From: Sarea resinae
Lineage: Eukaryota
NCBI GenBank assembly: GCA_026026165.1
Contig: JAPEUD010000007.1
Location: forward strand, 434,001-498,000
DNA: 64,000 nt
Reading direction: 5' to 3'
Both the position numbers and the translations under genes were made by a program. Under the pieces are notes generated by a model that did not search any database, had not been told where the DNA came from, and saw only the letters and a list, made by a program, of their open reading frames with translations. Shown in pieces: positions 26,048-39,318 of this stretch; the stretch's first letter is position 1; each line of letters starts with the position of its first letter.

Positions 26048-27380
26048 ATGGCCACCAGTTTCGCGACGGCGCAAGCATATACTTCTCCTCCCAGCTCGCA
26101 GATACAGCTCTATGGCTCTCAGCAGCCCTCTCCCTCGGACTCCGGCAGCAACACCCCGACGAATGCCTCGCCAACATCTCCCCAACCTCAGAGCAAACTT
26201 AACCATCTCCCTCTCCAGACGCGTCAACTTCGACCACCAAAGTCGCCGCTCTACGTCCCAGCTGTCCTTCGACCCACAGAGAGGCCTGTGCGCCAGTCGC
26301 CATTGACGCCACCACGGAGCGCACAAGGCAGTTGGGACAGCAATAGCGATGACGGAAAGTTGATGATGGGCCGCCGTTTGACCGTCGAGAGTGCCAAGTT
26401 TGCTGGACTGGGAAGTGTTATCGAAACCGAGTGGGCGGGCGACGAGGGATTCGGTAAGATTACCGGCCTCCCGACTCGAAATCACTGGAAGGTCAGTAAA
26501 AGTTTCTGTATTGTTGTCTAAAATTTGATCTCTGCCCCGTCATTGGTAATCCGCTCTTCCATTACTCAGCGTGTGCGACATTAAAACTTTCTCGTGCTTG
26601 TGTTTATGCTGCTCGGGAGATGTAATGGCTTTTCCGGCACAGCTTGTTCCGTAAATGGCTCTCGATCTGAGTTGAATGATCGCAAAGTCGAAAATTGCAT
26701 ATCTCGAAGCTTTGTGCATGAGATGTTCTCGGCTTATATCATTTTCTGAGCGCTGGAATCGCAAGCTCTCGCCTATATCGCGTGCTCGTCGCGAAGTGCA
26801 GATTCATTTCCTTTTCTGCTCTCAACGCCATCACTTCGCGTGCTTCATGCACCCTGCATCCTTCATGTTCCAACTTGCATCATTTGTCCTTGCATTGTCA
26901 CCACTTCATCCTACCACGACTGCGAGTTCGCTTTAGTGCACAATCACACCTTTCAGGAATATAAGCAGCTGACACAAATTATTGCAGCCGGATTCCCTAG
27001 CCACATCTTGCGATGCCGAAGGGTGCGATAAACCATTCTCACTTTTCGGTCGGCGGCATCACTGCCGACGCTGCGGCAATGTCTTTTGCCGCCAACACAC
27101 TCCACACACCATACCATTAGATCAAGATGCGCGATTCCATCCAGGTGGCTCTCTTTCCCGCGCCTGCGACATATGCTACCACGATTACGTGCAGTGGGAG
27201 GCAGCGCGTCGTAGCCGGAGCAACAGTGAGAGCTCCGAAACCAGCACACAGCCACCAGTCGGCATTGGAGGCCCTGGCATCAACGTTCGAGCCAGAGGTC
27301 ATATGGGTGGCGCATTGGGTGACCGCGTTGGTAGTTTCCAGGGCAGCGTCCCCAAGGACTGGAACTGGAGCACCTTTTAA
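26048..27380 (+). CDS. FYVE zinc-finger domain protein
   Basis: Exons 26048-26491 and 26988-27380 (496-nt intron GTCAGT...GCTGAC...CAG) give 278 aa. Splicing creates HWKPD (WxxD), followed by C...C, FSLFGRRHHCRRCGNVFC and RACDIC. Confidence 0.9.
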
Positions 27381-30150
27381 AAACATTTCGCCTCGAAGCA
27401 ATCACTTTAGCGGAGGTGTTAGGGTGGCGGGCGTGTTGTCATTCTCTACGATGGGACTGTCAGTCGGACCGTACGGAGGCAATTTGCACGCATTTTGGGA
27501 GGCGCTTTGTCTTATTTTGATATCACGAGCGAGCGACTTCCTAGACCTAATGTTCTTCTTTTGGAGAGCGGGGCACGATTACAGTAACGGCGTCTAAAGT
27601 CTGGGTTTCTTGGGCGCTTGTTTTTGTTTTTTTGAGCGTTTGTGCATTGTCTTGATTTTAGACCCTTTCATTCTGCTTTTTGATATCCATCGTTTTGCTG
27701 TGTTTGATTAGAGGCGTTTGGGCTCTCAATGGATGGGAGAAGGTAGGGTGCTTTTGGTATCTTCTGGATTGTTACATATTTTTGGTTCATTTTGGTTGAT
27801 TAGCTCTCCGGAGATGTTGAATTCATTAGACATTCTCCGTCGCACCAAACTCGCAACATAGCTCTCACTTTCGCTGATGTCTGAGCATATTAATATGATA
27901 ACATAACATTATCAGAGCCGGTACTGACGGTACTAAAATCGGAATCTTGGGCATTCCAAGTCGTCAATACCTTAGATTTCAATATGCGCAGCAAACTCCG
28001 GAGCATTATCCTCCTCCAGCTTTTACGAACTAAACTTTGAACCAGCCGCTCGTGATACCTACCGTACCTACCTTAGGTACCTATCTACGGCAAAGTACTA
28101 GGTAGGCAAAACAGGTAGCCACGCCACAGACGAGTGGAGGGAAAGCTGAGCCCATCGACCCTACCCCGCGCTATTACGAAATAAAGAGCCACAGTTCATG
28201 CAGACCCCAACGTTAGTACTTCCCTCCAGGGCCACCTCATGACAGTGACAGATTCTCGCGGCTGCACCCGAATTCCGAGTCCTCCCCACGGTAGCGGGCG
28301 TTCTGGGCCGTCATGATCATCATCATCATATGTACTCGGAGTATGTACGGGCTGGCCATGGGATGCTGGCCTGGCTGCCTGGCTGGGTTGTGGGATTCAT
28401 TAAGGTACATTCACGTCCATCCGTGTTCGTGACGGTGGTTACTGTGACTCTCTTTCTGCACGTGGATGTGCACGTCAGGTGGGAGGTCCTGAGAGGAGGG
28501 GGATCAGGAGGAACCTGGATGAGGAGTGCTGGTGTACGATAACAGGTAGCTTGGATGGCTGAGATCTATACATTTCTATATGCTACCTACCTACCTAAGG
28601 TAGGTAAGCTTTTTGGAATACACTGGATCGAGGCTTTGTTATGTGTTTTATTGTTGTTTCCAAAGGAACATTGGTTGGATGGACCGAGGTTCTCTGCTTC
28701 CTCTGATGGTCACCTCAATCAGAGTCCGGTTCTTCGGTATCGGCAGGCCGTGTGCCCAAGTCGCTAAGTCGATGTCTTGCAGCTTGAGATCTCCATCTGA
28801 GTGCGCAGCGTGTACGAGGATCGAGACTCGAGGATGGCACTGCGTGGCTGTATTATTATGTAATTACATGCTGCCTCTGATTCTCATGGATTGTATTGGA
28901 TGGATGGGACCCTATCTTTGGTAGTAGGTACCTACTAAGTGAGATGGATTGGTGTTCATGTGTGTGCGTTGAGGGGAAGAACTTGTGAGGGTGGGGCGGG
29001 GCGGGGACGGAGGGGAGATGAGATGGATGACTACGGGATGGATGGAGGAATCAGATCGAATGTATCCGTTGCTTCTGCGAGTCTTCTCTACGGGAGTATG
29101 AAGAAGAAGACGGTGGATTCAACATCCGCGGCCCCTCTCTCGCTCAACCACCCACAGCTGGAGGGTCAGGTAAGGCCAGTAAGGTACCTGACCGACCCTT
29201 AGGCTCCAGGCTGGTAGACCCTGGATTTGAGGAAGCGGATGATGAAGATATTCGTCTTTGTCACCGACTACCTACTTACTACGTAGTACTCCGTAGTGTT
29301 CTCCAGCTGCTATCCATAGGTACGGTAGAAATGGACATGTACGAAGTACTTCAGTACTGCAATACGCCTGACCGCCTCCCGGAAGCTTCAGATCAACAGA
29401 AGGTGAGGTACTTTTAGTCGTACTCGGTACTCGGTACCTCTACCGTGTGATTTACTTTGTGGGGCGCAACGGTACCAGGAACTGCTCGTGGTGCTGCTAA
29501 AGTGCCGAGAGACTTCCCCCTCTCTCTCTCCCACCTGCCGTTTTCTCTCGTCCGCCGTCCATCTCTCGACCTCCCACCGTCCCACCGTCCCAAGCGATCA
29601 TCCGGACTAATATCTAGCCCTCACGTTAAGTCCGTTAGGAAACTTCGTTAAACGCTTCGCTTTCCACCTGCACCCAATCCCACTGCCCGTTCCCGATTTT
29701 CCCCCACCATCCCCTGCTCCTTCGTCAGAAGATCCACCAGTAGATTTCCCTCTTGATTCGTGCGCGACTGAGCATCTCCGCCGCCGCTTCGACGAACACC
29801 AACTGACCACTGCTATTCCGACGTCGACGTCGCCTTCGCCTTCGCCTTCGAGTTCTTCGCATCTTCGCAATCTTGTGGATACCATCGTCTTCCGTTCACT
29901 CTGATCGACTGTTTGCAGCCCAGATCAACGGTATCGTCGCCCACTTCGACTCCAAACGAGATCGCGACTCCGTGTGCGGACCTCTGCCACACGCGGCCCC
30001 CCTCCCCATCTTACGGACCGAAAAGGCTTGGCCGTTGATTGAGGATCAGGCCCGTATGGTGTGGTATCGGATCGATTAAGGGAACAACCTTTGATCCCTT
30101 ATTCAGTATCACTTTGACGTCGTTCGTCTCGCTGTTGTCACTGGCCCGCT

Positions 30151-32222
30151 ATGAGCCAGACATCCAATTCGCCATGGCCGCAACCGCCGTACGATGCGAT
30201 GGGTACAGCACCCGACGACGACTTCTCCAACCTGTTCGACCTGGGTGATATCCAGCTAGATTTTCCTTCTTTTGATGCGCCCGGCCCGCAACAGGATCAA
30301 CAGGATCGACAGCAAGATGTGGATGCGGCCATGGATACGAGTGGGGATATGAATCCAGGAGAGGTCGCTGCGCAAGGCCAGCCGTGGGAGCATGATCATA
30401 TGTCTCAGCAATCATTCGCGACTGGAGAAAGCACGCAATATGGCTCGACAGAAGCTCTCATGGGTATGGGCATACAAGAACCGTATCAGCACCAGCACCA
30501 GCACCAGCCTGCACAGCAGCTGATGCAGGACCATGAGTATCATCATCGAAGCTTTGTGCCACCAACCCCGGATAGCATCGAGATGCATGGAGGCGTTGCT
30601 CATTATCGCCGGATGGATCCCCAGCAGGATGCATCGATAGATCGATATCAGCAGATGAAGGATGACCTAATCGCATTTACTCCACTGGTTTCACCCGCAG
30701 TCACTCCTCTGGATACTCAGTTCCAACTGCCAGAATTCACGGTCCCAGGGGCATACTTTAGCCCTCTCACTTCTCCCGCGCTCGAAGCTCAAAATCACTC
30801 GGCACAAACGACCATGTATAGCGTTGCATCCAGCTATGAAAGCTCAATGAACTCGTCACCCGTCGAGAGGAATTCGAATCAGGCCGTGGGCCAGAATCTA
30901 CAGGCGATTACTGCTCGGAAGCAGCCAAAGAGGAGGTCATCCGCGAGTACTCGAATTCGTCAGTCACCAATCGTGAAACCGCTGAGGCGGAAAGGCGTGG
31001 CGTTGAGCAAACAGAGCCCTATGATCAATGCGGAAGTGCAGAAGACTTACAGCTCTGGTTCGGGTTCGATTTCTCCAGAGCCACTTTCTGAGGCACTCAT
31101 GGCGCCTCCACCGGCTCCAAGGCATATTCATCTGGCACAATCCAATGGTACCGGTTTGAATGGACCGAAATCTGCTCCTCTGCCAGCCATGGACAAGTCC
31201 GATTCATTGTGTCCTGCGACGCCCTCGTCGTTGATGAGATTGCAGAAACAATCGAACAGCAACGTTCCCGAACTGCACTTGTCCGCACCAATGGTAGCAC
31301 GCAGTATTCCTGAAGAGGGCACTTCCGGGCAGCCTATGAATGATATATGTCTCCCGGAAGCGGCCATTTCCTCCAAGTCCTCTTCGGGTCGGCCAGAGCA
31401 AGATGATCAGACTACGCCAACCGTGTCCGCGAGGAACACCCCAAGGCTCGGTCCGTCATCTGCGTCAATCTCTAATTCTGCCTACTCGAGTCCGCAACTC
31501 AGCGCCATCAGCTCTCCCAATGGATCAATCTCGACGGGCAAGCATACGGACTTGAAACGACCGGGCCGTGGTGGGAAGAGAAACAGCGTCAGTTCCGTGC
31601 AAGTCAGCCCGGCTTTACGCCCTAAGATCTCTCCCAGTATCAAACCATTACTTCCCGAAGGAGGTATGTCGTCCGCCTTCTTCTGTTTCGATGCCAGGCC
31701 ATCCCATGCATGAGTATAAATTGCTGATAAGGTACTACAGCTGTTTCGGCCGAGTCGTCCGCCGCCCTTCTCGCCAAGAAGTCAAATTACCAGAACCTCC
31801 TCGATGGTACTCACGTCCCTGGCGTTTCCTACCCACCCAACCTCTCTACGAACCTCACCTCCAAGCGCACCTCGCACAAGATCGCCGAGCAAGGTCGTCG
31901 TAATCGCATCAACAACGCTCTGCAGGAAATAGCGAGTCTCTTACCCACGTCTCCCAGTGCCAAGGACTCGCCCGGTGGTGGTTGTGCAGCAGGAAGCGAA
32001 AAGGGGGCAGGTGCTCCGGCAGGGCCAGGACCCACGGAGGCACAACTGAATAATTCCAAGGCTGCCACCGTTGAAATGGCGATTGAGTATATCAAACAAC
32101 TGCAGATGGAGCTGAAGGAGACGAAGGGTAAGCTTGAGAAGGCTGAAAGGGATAAGAGTACTACACAGGCGGGGAGTGCTACCGGGCACGAGAGTCAGAA
32201 GCCGGATTTGGGTAGTCCATGA
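30151..32222 (+). CDS. pho4: Phosphate-acquisition bHLH transcription factor (Pho4/NUC-1/PalcA)
   Basis: Exons 30151-31663 and 31741-32222 give 664 aa. FTPLVSPAVTP, YFSPLTSPAL, SPALRPKISPSIKPLLP, KSNYQNLLDG, bHLH SKRTSHKIAEQGRRNRINNAL and NSKAATVEMAIEYIKQLQ. Confidence 0.92.
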
Positions 32223-33161
32223 GGCCCGAGTCTGCGAAGCTCTGATGGGGTCCTTATTTCCCTGTCTCATCTCAAGCGAAAGAGAGGGAGAGCAAAAATC
32301 GCCGCGATTGTTATTTTCACTTTTCTCTTCACCACTTATCTTCTATCTCTATAATCTGGGCGGTCATCTGGCTATGTCTTCTTATATTTTGTCTATTTTC
32401 CCCCTTCAACTCCGGATCTTTCCTACGGCTCCTATTTAATCCTTGCTGTGGATACAGGCGTATGAGATGCGACACTCAACTAGTTGTGGTATGAAACAGA
32501 AGCCGTCCCACAGTGCGCGCATGCCTCTGTGCCAATGCCCTCTCTCTTGTTATGCTTATACTTACTCCTATGTCATCTCTGCTCTTTTTCACAGGAACGG
32601 CTTGCCTATCTATGTAACTCGCCTTTTTGTATCGGATCATTAGAAACGTGCCTTATCTATTCTCTTAGAAAGAATGAAGGAGATGCTCAAATCAGAATTG
32701 ACCTTCCAAGTAATCGTCAACCAGTTTTGTGTGTCATTGGTCAAACTACCAATCTGCCAAGTGGGCTGGACCCCTGTTTCGCATGCCTAAGGTACCTACC
32801 TAGTAGGTATGACGTACCCCTCACTGGACAGGCTTTCACTCGTCCGTTCCAAAACCTGGCACCAGCAGCTTGAACTCTTCTTTACGATAGAGAGGGTTAT
32901 CGTTTACCCTCCCATAGTATTGCCAGCTGGCTCCTGCCTTACGGTGGCCTTATGTAGTTCTTCTTCGCCAAATGCAGGGCAGGACGTGGGAGCGCAAGGC
33001 AGCGTAGCCATGCTCTATATTTATTACTCTGCCACCCCCCGCTGACTGTGAATGCGCCATAGACTGTAAACACGATAAGCTAACCATATCGTACTGATTT
33101 CCAAATCGGTCGCAACTCTTTCAGCAACAGAGAGGCCAAAGGCAACGAGATATCTGCAAAG

Positions 33162-34998
33162 ATGGGTGACCAAGGTAGGTGATCTTTCACTCTTGTGGAC
33201 GACTTTCATTGTCTAATTGCGTTTGATCGTCGCCTTCATGCCAGATTTTCATCATGCGATTATGCGATGAACAAAGCTGATGATTATAGCTACAGAAAAG
33301 AGACCTACGCCTGAAAATGCGACCATGATGCAAGCCTTCGAGTGGAATGTGCCGGGTGACCAAAAACATTGGACAAGACTACGTGACCACGCGGAGAGCC
33401 TGAAAGCCTTCGGCGTGGACAACATATGGCTCCCTCCAGGATGCAAGGCCAGCAGTCCCAATGGCGTTGGCTACGACATCTACGACCTCTACGATCTTGG
33501 GGAATTTGACCAAAAGGGTTCCAGAGCCACTAAGTGGGGCACCAAAGAAGAATTGATGCAATTGATCGACAAGACGGATGAACTTGGTATGGGTGTCTAC
33601 TGGGACGCTGTACTCAATCACAAGGCAGCTGCGGACCATAAAGAGAGATGTCGAGTCGTTGAGGTTGACTCGAATGGTGAGGCGCCCCCTCTTGCAGCCC
33701 ATATCAATCACATAGTCACTGACTTCATCTGATGCTCAGACCGGACGAAGGAAATATCGGAACCTTACGAAATCGACGGTTGGCTGGGCTTTGACTTTCC
33801 TGGGCGTGGTGATAAGTACAGCTCTCAGAAATACCACTGGGATCACTTTAGTGGCACCGACTTCAATGCCGAGAACAACAAAGTGTCCATCTACAAGATT
33901 CTTGGAGACAACAAGCATTGGTCCGATTCGGTCGCCAATGAACAGGGAAATGCTGACTACATGATGTTCGCCGATCTGGACTATGCTCATCCGGAAGTCC
34001 AGAAGGATGTCATTCACTGGGGGGAATGGATTATCAAAGAGACTCGTATCAAAGGTTTCAGGCTCGATGCCGTGCAACACTACTCGGAAGACTTCATGAA
34101 CGACTTTGTGCACAACATTGAGAAAACAATTGGGGAGGGGATTTTCTTCGTTGGCGAGTACTGGGTCGGTGATGTAAAGGCAATGACGGCTTATCTTGAC
34201 CGGATGCAGCATAAATTTTCTTTATTTGATTCGGCCCTTCTGTACAACTTCTCGAGGATTTCGACCACAGAGGACGGAGATCTCACCAAAATTTTTGACG
34301 ACTCTCTCGTGCAGGTCGAGCCCGTCAATGCAGTTGTGAGAAGTTCTCTTTCGAATTCAAGAGCTTACGATTACTAACTTGATTTCTTGCTAGACGGTCG
34401 TCACAAACCATGACACCCAAAAAGGCCAAACTATGGACACGCCCATAGAGCCGTTCTTCAAGCCGCTGGCCTATTCGCTGATCCTCCTCCGCAGCGAGGG
34501 TTATCCCTGCCTCTTCTACGGCGATCTCTACGGCACCAAAGGCGAGCACGCAGAGGGTCCGTCCTGCGGCGGCAAACTCGCCGACATCACACTTGCGCGT
34601 AAGCTATACGCCTATGGCCGCCAGGACAACTACTTTGACTATAAAACCTGCATTGGCTGGGTGCGTCTTGGCACCTGGGATCATCCCTTCGGGTTGGCGT
34701 GCGTTATGAGTAATGCGGGACCTGGAGAGAAGGAGATGTTCGTGGGTGAGGTGCACGCCGGTGAAGTCTGGACGGATGTATTAGGGTGGGAGACGAGCGA
34801 GGTGCAGATCGGGAAGGACGGCAAGGCCATGTTTCCGTGCCCTGGGACGAGCGTGGCTATCTGGGTCAATAAGGAAGCGGAGGGAAGGGACAGATTTGGG
34901 AAATTGTGAGTTGTTTTCATCCGTCCTTTGCTTTGACGTGTAAAACTCTCAAGGCGATACTGACTTTACGCAGCGATGCGAATATCTACAAGGAATGA
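33162..34998 (+). CDS. Intracellular alpha-amylase, GH13_5 (bacterial liquefying type)
   Basis: Exons 33162-33174, 33290-33676, 33740-34335, 34394-34905, 34974-34998 give 510 aa. MMQAFEW, GYDIYDLYDLGEFDQKG, DAVLNH and the catalytic regions GFRLDAVQH, GEYW, NHDT. No signal peptide. Confidence 0.92.
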
Positions 34999-35388
34999 GA
35001 TTGTGGCACGGTCCTACCTCATAGGCAGCATCGATATGGGTACGCCAGCATAGATTATGTGTCGAACGTTGTGGATTGCTTCTTTAGGTTACGTCCTCAG
35101 CGTAGAACAATTGATATTGATAGACCATCTTCGTCCATGTTGTTGACTGAGCATCCCAAAATAAATACCAACCATCTTGAGTCACTTTGCACCTTGGCTG
35201 AGCGCAATTGTCGCGATATGATCCCCAACGACTCTGCGCAGGCGCTGCTGCGCCAGTGAAGTAAAAGTTGTAAGCTGTACAAAGTACACTGAGTGCGCAT
35301 ATCATGAAGTAGCGGGGATGATACGACAGACCAAAGAGTTACGCGACCATTCATAATTAGTATAACGTTAGCACCTTCCAATGAAAAG

Positions 35389-35515
35389 GCGTTGGTGGTT
35401 TAGTGGTAAAATCCATCGTTGCCATGGCGGGTAGAACCACTATATAACTAGTTATGGAGGTGTGATCTTAAAGCCGAGTTTCGATGGGCCCCGGGTTCGA
35501 TTCCCGGCCGACGCA
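35389..35515 (+). tRNA. tRNA-Gly(GCC) with a 56-nt intron (35425-35480)
   Basis: Acceptor stem GCGTTGG/CCGACGC plus discriminator A, D-arm TGGTTTAGTGGTAAAA, anticodon stem CATCG/CGATG with GCC at 35421-35423, T-arm CCGGGTTCGATTCCCGG, followed by an oligo-T Pol III terminator. Confidence 0.96.
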
Positions 35516-35959
35516 TTTTTTTCTTTTTAGAGCATACTACTTACTATGCTGCGGCAGAGCGGAGGGTCTTTTTTGTTCTTGGTGCTTGCGGCCACTGTGG
35601 TATATATATAGTTCTGATCATTTCTTGATAGGATCCTCTTTTTTGACCGAGTAGAGGCAGCACTACCAACCGTTTAATTGGCCCACAGGGTCCGAATGGT
35701 CCGGCGACCTTGGGCAACTAGATAAAGATCATGTCTTCCATAAGGTAGCTCATCATTCATAAGGCATGATACGGCGTCTTACGAGTGATGGTTATAGACA
35801 ACGCTTGATGGATTTGTATCTCATCTTTCTATTTTCTATCTTTTAGGATATGTTGGTCTAGAATTGTTCAAGTGATATCGTAAGTTCTACCTGCAATCAC
35901 GCCAGAAACCCAAAGCAAAGCAACGAATCCTAGAAGCAAGTATAACATCCTATCCAAGG

Positions 35960-36687
35960 CTACCGCATTACTGGCGGCCGGGACTCTTTATTCCACTTGA
36001 CCCGACTACATATCCACTCCACGGCCTCCCTGACACCTGTGCCCGTCAAAGCACTAATTGGTAGCACCCTACTATCCCTCACCCCGCCCCCGTGCTCTCC
36101 CTCAAACACCTTCCTCACCAGCCCCTCTTTGATTCTGACCGTCTCAACGCAATCCTCACGGTCCTGCTTATTCGCCAACACGAGCAACGGCACTCCCTCG
36201 GCATCTTCGTTCTGCAGCACGCTCTCCAACACCAACTTACACTCCTCGAGCCTGCCGCCCGCGCCCATGTCCCCGCGGCCTAGCTTCTCAATGTCTGCAT
36301 CCCCGACGTCGCTACTGTCGATGACGAATACAATCGCATGACATGAAGCGTAGTAGGACTGCCAGAGCTTTCGGAGACTGTGCTGCCCGCCCACGTCCCA
36401 GATCTTCAGGTACAGGTTTTGGAGCGTGATGGTGGACACGTTTTGGCCGACTGTCGGGACCGTCTTGAGGTTCGGCTCCGGGGGCTGCGCCAGACTTGAG
36501 AACTGCGACTTTATCTGTTCGAGCAGCGTCGTCTTGCCTGCGTTGTCGAGACCGAGGAGGACGACCGAGTATTCTGTTCATCGTGCTCTGTTAGTCTGTA
36601 GTTTATGGGTCCGTCTGTGTATTGGAGAGATGTGCTACCTTCTTTGCTCGTGGCATAGAGATATACGCCTTTGCAGAAGTGATACAT
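35960..36687 (-). CDS. arl3: ARF-like GTPase Arl3 (ARFRP1)
   Basis: Exons 36639-36687 and 35960-36573 give 220 aa. MYHFCKGVYLYATSKEEYSVVLLGLDNAGKTT, TVPTVGQNV, WDVGGQ, LANKQD and ISALTG. Tyr rather than Gly at position 2 is typical of Arl3/ARFRP1. Confidence 0.92.
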
Positions 36688-37303
36688 GGCCGATTGACTA
36701 CCTTAGGCCTGCCAGTCTGCCAGCCTGCCGGCAGTCTGCTGCCGCGCGTCACCCGCGTGGACTTCTTACAGCTTTTGTGCGCCTTTGCCGTCTTCACGAT
36801 GGAGGGAGGGTGGTATTATCTTTGCGCATAGCTTGCTGCGTCCCGAGCTGTGGAGAGGAAGGTTTGTTGTTGAAAGCGTAGTGGGCAGTGGGGAGGTTTG
36901 GTTTGCGACGATCCGACTATCTGGCAGCTTCGCTTTCGCATGCGTGGAGCATGGAGCATGGAGCATGGAGCTACTAAGGCAAGCGCGCGCATGCGTCGAC
37001 AGCAAGACCTGTGACGTATGACTTTGTACTCGTACTGCATACACTCAGCTGTCTTTGACAACAACAGGCGGCCCACCCCTCCTCCTCCCAGAATGCTAGG
37101 GCATATATTACATTCCTCAAAACACAAACAGTCGGACAAATCACTCGTCTGGATCCATGCGAAATATAAGCAAACGAATGCAGCTGCTATCAGCACATCG
37201 ATCATATACTGACCTGATTTACTGACCGCCTCCCCACCGCCATTCAGAGGGTCTCAGGCTACCTTACGCCGTCCCGCGCGCATCAACACGCTCACGCGTC
37301 AAA

Positions 37304-39040
37304 ATGGCACCTTTGGAGCCGGATCTCTCGAACTCGAATCTCCGCGCCTACTTCACTCTTGGGAGCGTTGTCATCTCCTCTGCGACTTTGGTTTCGCTGG
37401 TCCTCTACTCTACCGCTAAAGCATTCACGTCCCTCCCTCCATCCCAAGGCACGCGTTTCCGAGAATCACACCGCAAAAACCACGTTGCGATCTTTGCGGC
37501 GCTAGCGGTGACAAGTCTGAGCTTCTCGCTTTACAACAAGATCAGGTTCTTTGTGGAGAGCTACAAAAACTGGGCTTATGAGCGAGGTGAATCCATTCCA
37601 AGGGGCGTCTGGGGGAAGGGGGGAGTGTATGGGGGTGAGGATGCCGTGGGTATGCAACTAGGGAGGTGGATACATGATACGAAGTTTGGGGAAGAGTTCT
37701 GGGAAACCAACATCGAGGGTGCAAGAGGCTTTTGGTGGACTCAGCAGGTCTTTCTGGGCACAGTGGCGTGGGGTGTTTTCTTGAGCGTGGAAGGTAAATC
37801 TTCGTCACTCTGATTTCTCGTCTCTAGGAAGAGATATCACTGACATTGTCGAATCCAAGGCCGTCGACGACAGATTCCTCACTTGTGGGCTTACGCCCTT
37901 CTTGCTCAATGTCTCAGTCTCCCGTTTGCGCAAAACTTGTTCTATCTCGCCATCCTATTCCACCCGGTATCGACAGAAGCTAACCGTACCCCCAAAGCCC
38001 CAACGGCGTCGAAATGGACCCCTAGCACCACGACACTCCAGCTGATGACTCTTATCCCAACATACGCAAACATTTTTCTGCTGCCCTTTGCTTCCAATAC
38101 CCCATCCTTCTCCGTCGTCCTCTTTCTCTGCCGTGCTCTCCCGTTTCTCTCGCTCCTCTACCCCTACATCATCTCGCCTTCGACTTCGCAATTTAACACT
38201 TCGACTCTCTCCAAAACCATCTCGTGCGTCTCTCTCCTGCTGCACCTGAAATCCACCCTCTTCGGCCTCACAGCCCCGCTACCCTCGGAGCACCATCTCG
38301 ACTTCCTCCCGGACGCCCTGACCCCGCAGCGATACCAGCAGCACCACTCGACCGCGAGCGCAGCCTCGCAACTCCTCTCGGCGCCGTCGCAGAACACAGC
38401 GCTCCGGACGCTCGCGCACGACGTCCTGCTCGCGACCATCTCACTGGTGCTCTGGGCCGGCCTTCGCGGCCTGGATCCCGTGGCCATGCTCCGGGCCGCC
38501 GGCGTGCCGGGATTCGCCATCAAAGAGATCCCGGGCCTCGAAGGCGTCGAGGAGCGACTGTCCTCTGCGGATCAGAAAGAAAAGGATCTTCCGAACGGCG
38601 TTTCCTCGGCCGACGACGCCGAGCAGGACGACCAGACGAGTCGGCGTAGTGCGAGAAAAAGCCGCGGTTCGGGCCGAGGCCGCGGTCGAGGCGGCCGACG
38701 CAATAGCACCGCCAGCAGCGCGCCTAGTGGCGGATCCAAGCAAGACGGGCGAAGCTCGACTCGCGGCCGTCGAAGTGGCAATAAAGCCCGCACGTCTGGC
38801 GCTGCCGCTGCCAATGAGAACGACAACGACGATGGAAACGAAGACGAAAACACGGCCCCCTTTGTGCCGGATGAGAAAACAGCCGAGGCGACTGCTGCAG
38901 GAAGCGGTGGTGGTGGTGGTGGCTGGGAAGCCGATGACACGGACACGGCGCCCAACGTCGAGGCGGGCGTGTTGGGCTGGTGTCTGTGCGCGCTTGGCGG
39001 CCTTGGTGTCGGCGGGGCGGCCGTGTGGGGCGGCGCTTGA
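37304..39040 (+). CDS. Uncharacterised multi-pass membrane protein
   Basis: Exons 37304-37793 and 37860-39040 (GTAAAT...ACTGAC...AAG). Several hydrophobic segments, an Arg/Gly/Ser-rich loop and a hydrophobic Gly-rich C-terminus. Confidence 0.7.
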
Positions 39041-39298
39041 TGGGGCATGTCATATCAGTAGTGGCACTGGGCACGGGGTACCAGAAGCAGAGCAGAGTGA
39101 AGGAAGAAAGGGAGAAAGGGAGACAGAGGGAAGGGAGAAAGGAAGAGAGGTCAGGGCGTGTGTTTCTGTTCTAGGGACTTTTGTCTTGTCCGACTCTGGC
39201 TTCAAGTGCTTGATAACGATGATGATGATGATGGTGTTATGTCCATGTTTATGATTCTAGTTTGTTGTTGGCATTGCTAGAGGGGGAAGGGTGGAGAA

Positions 39299-39318
39299 GG
39301 GGGGGGGGGGGGGGGGGG
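39299..39318. repeat. poly-G tract (20 nt)
   Basis: Homopolymer visible directly in the sequence. Confidence 0.95.
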
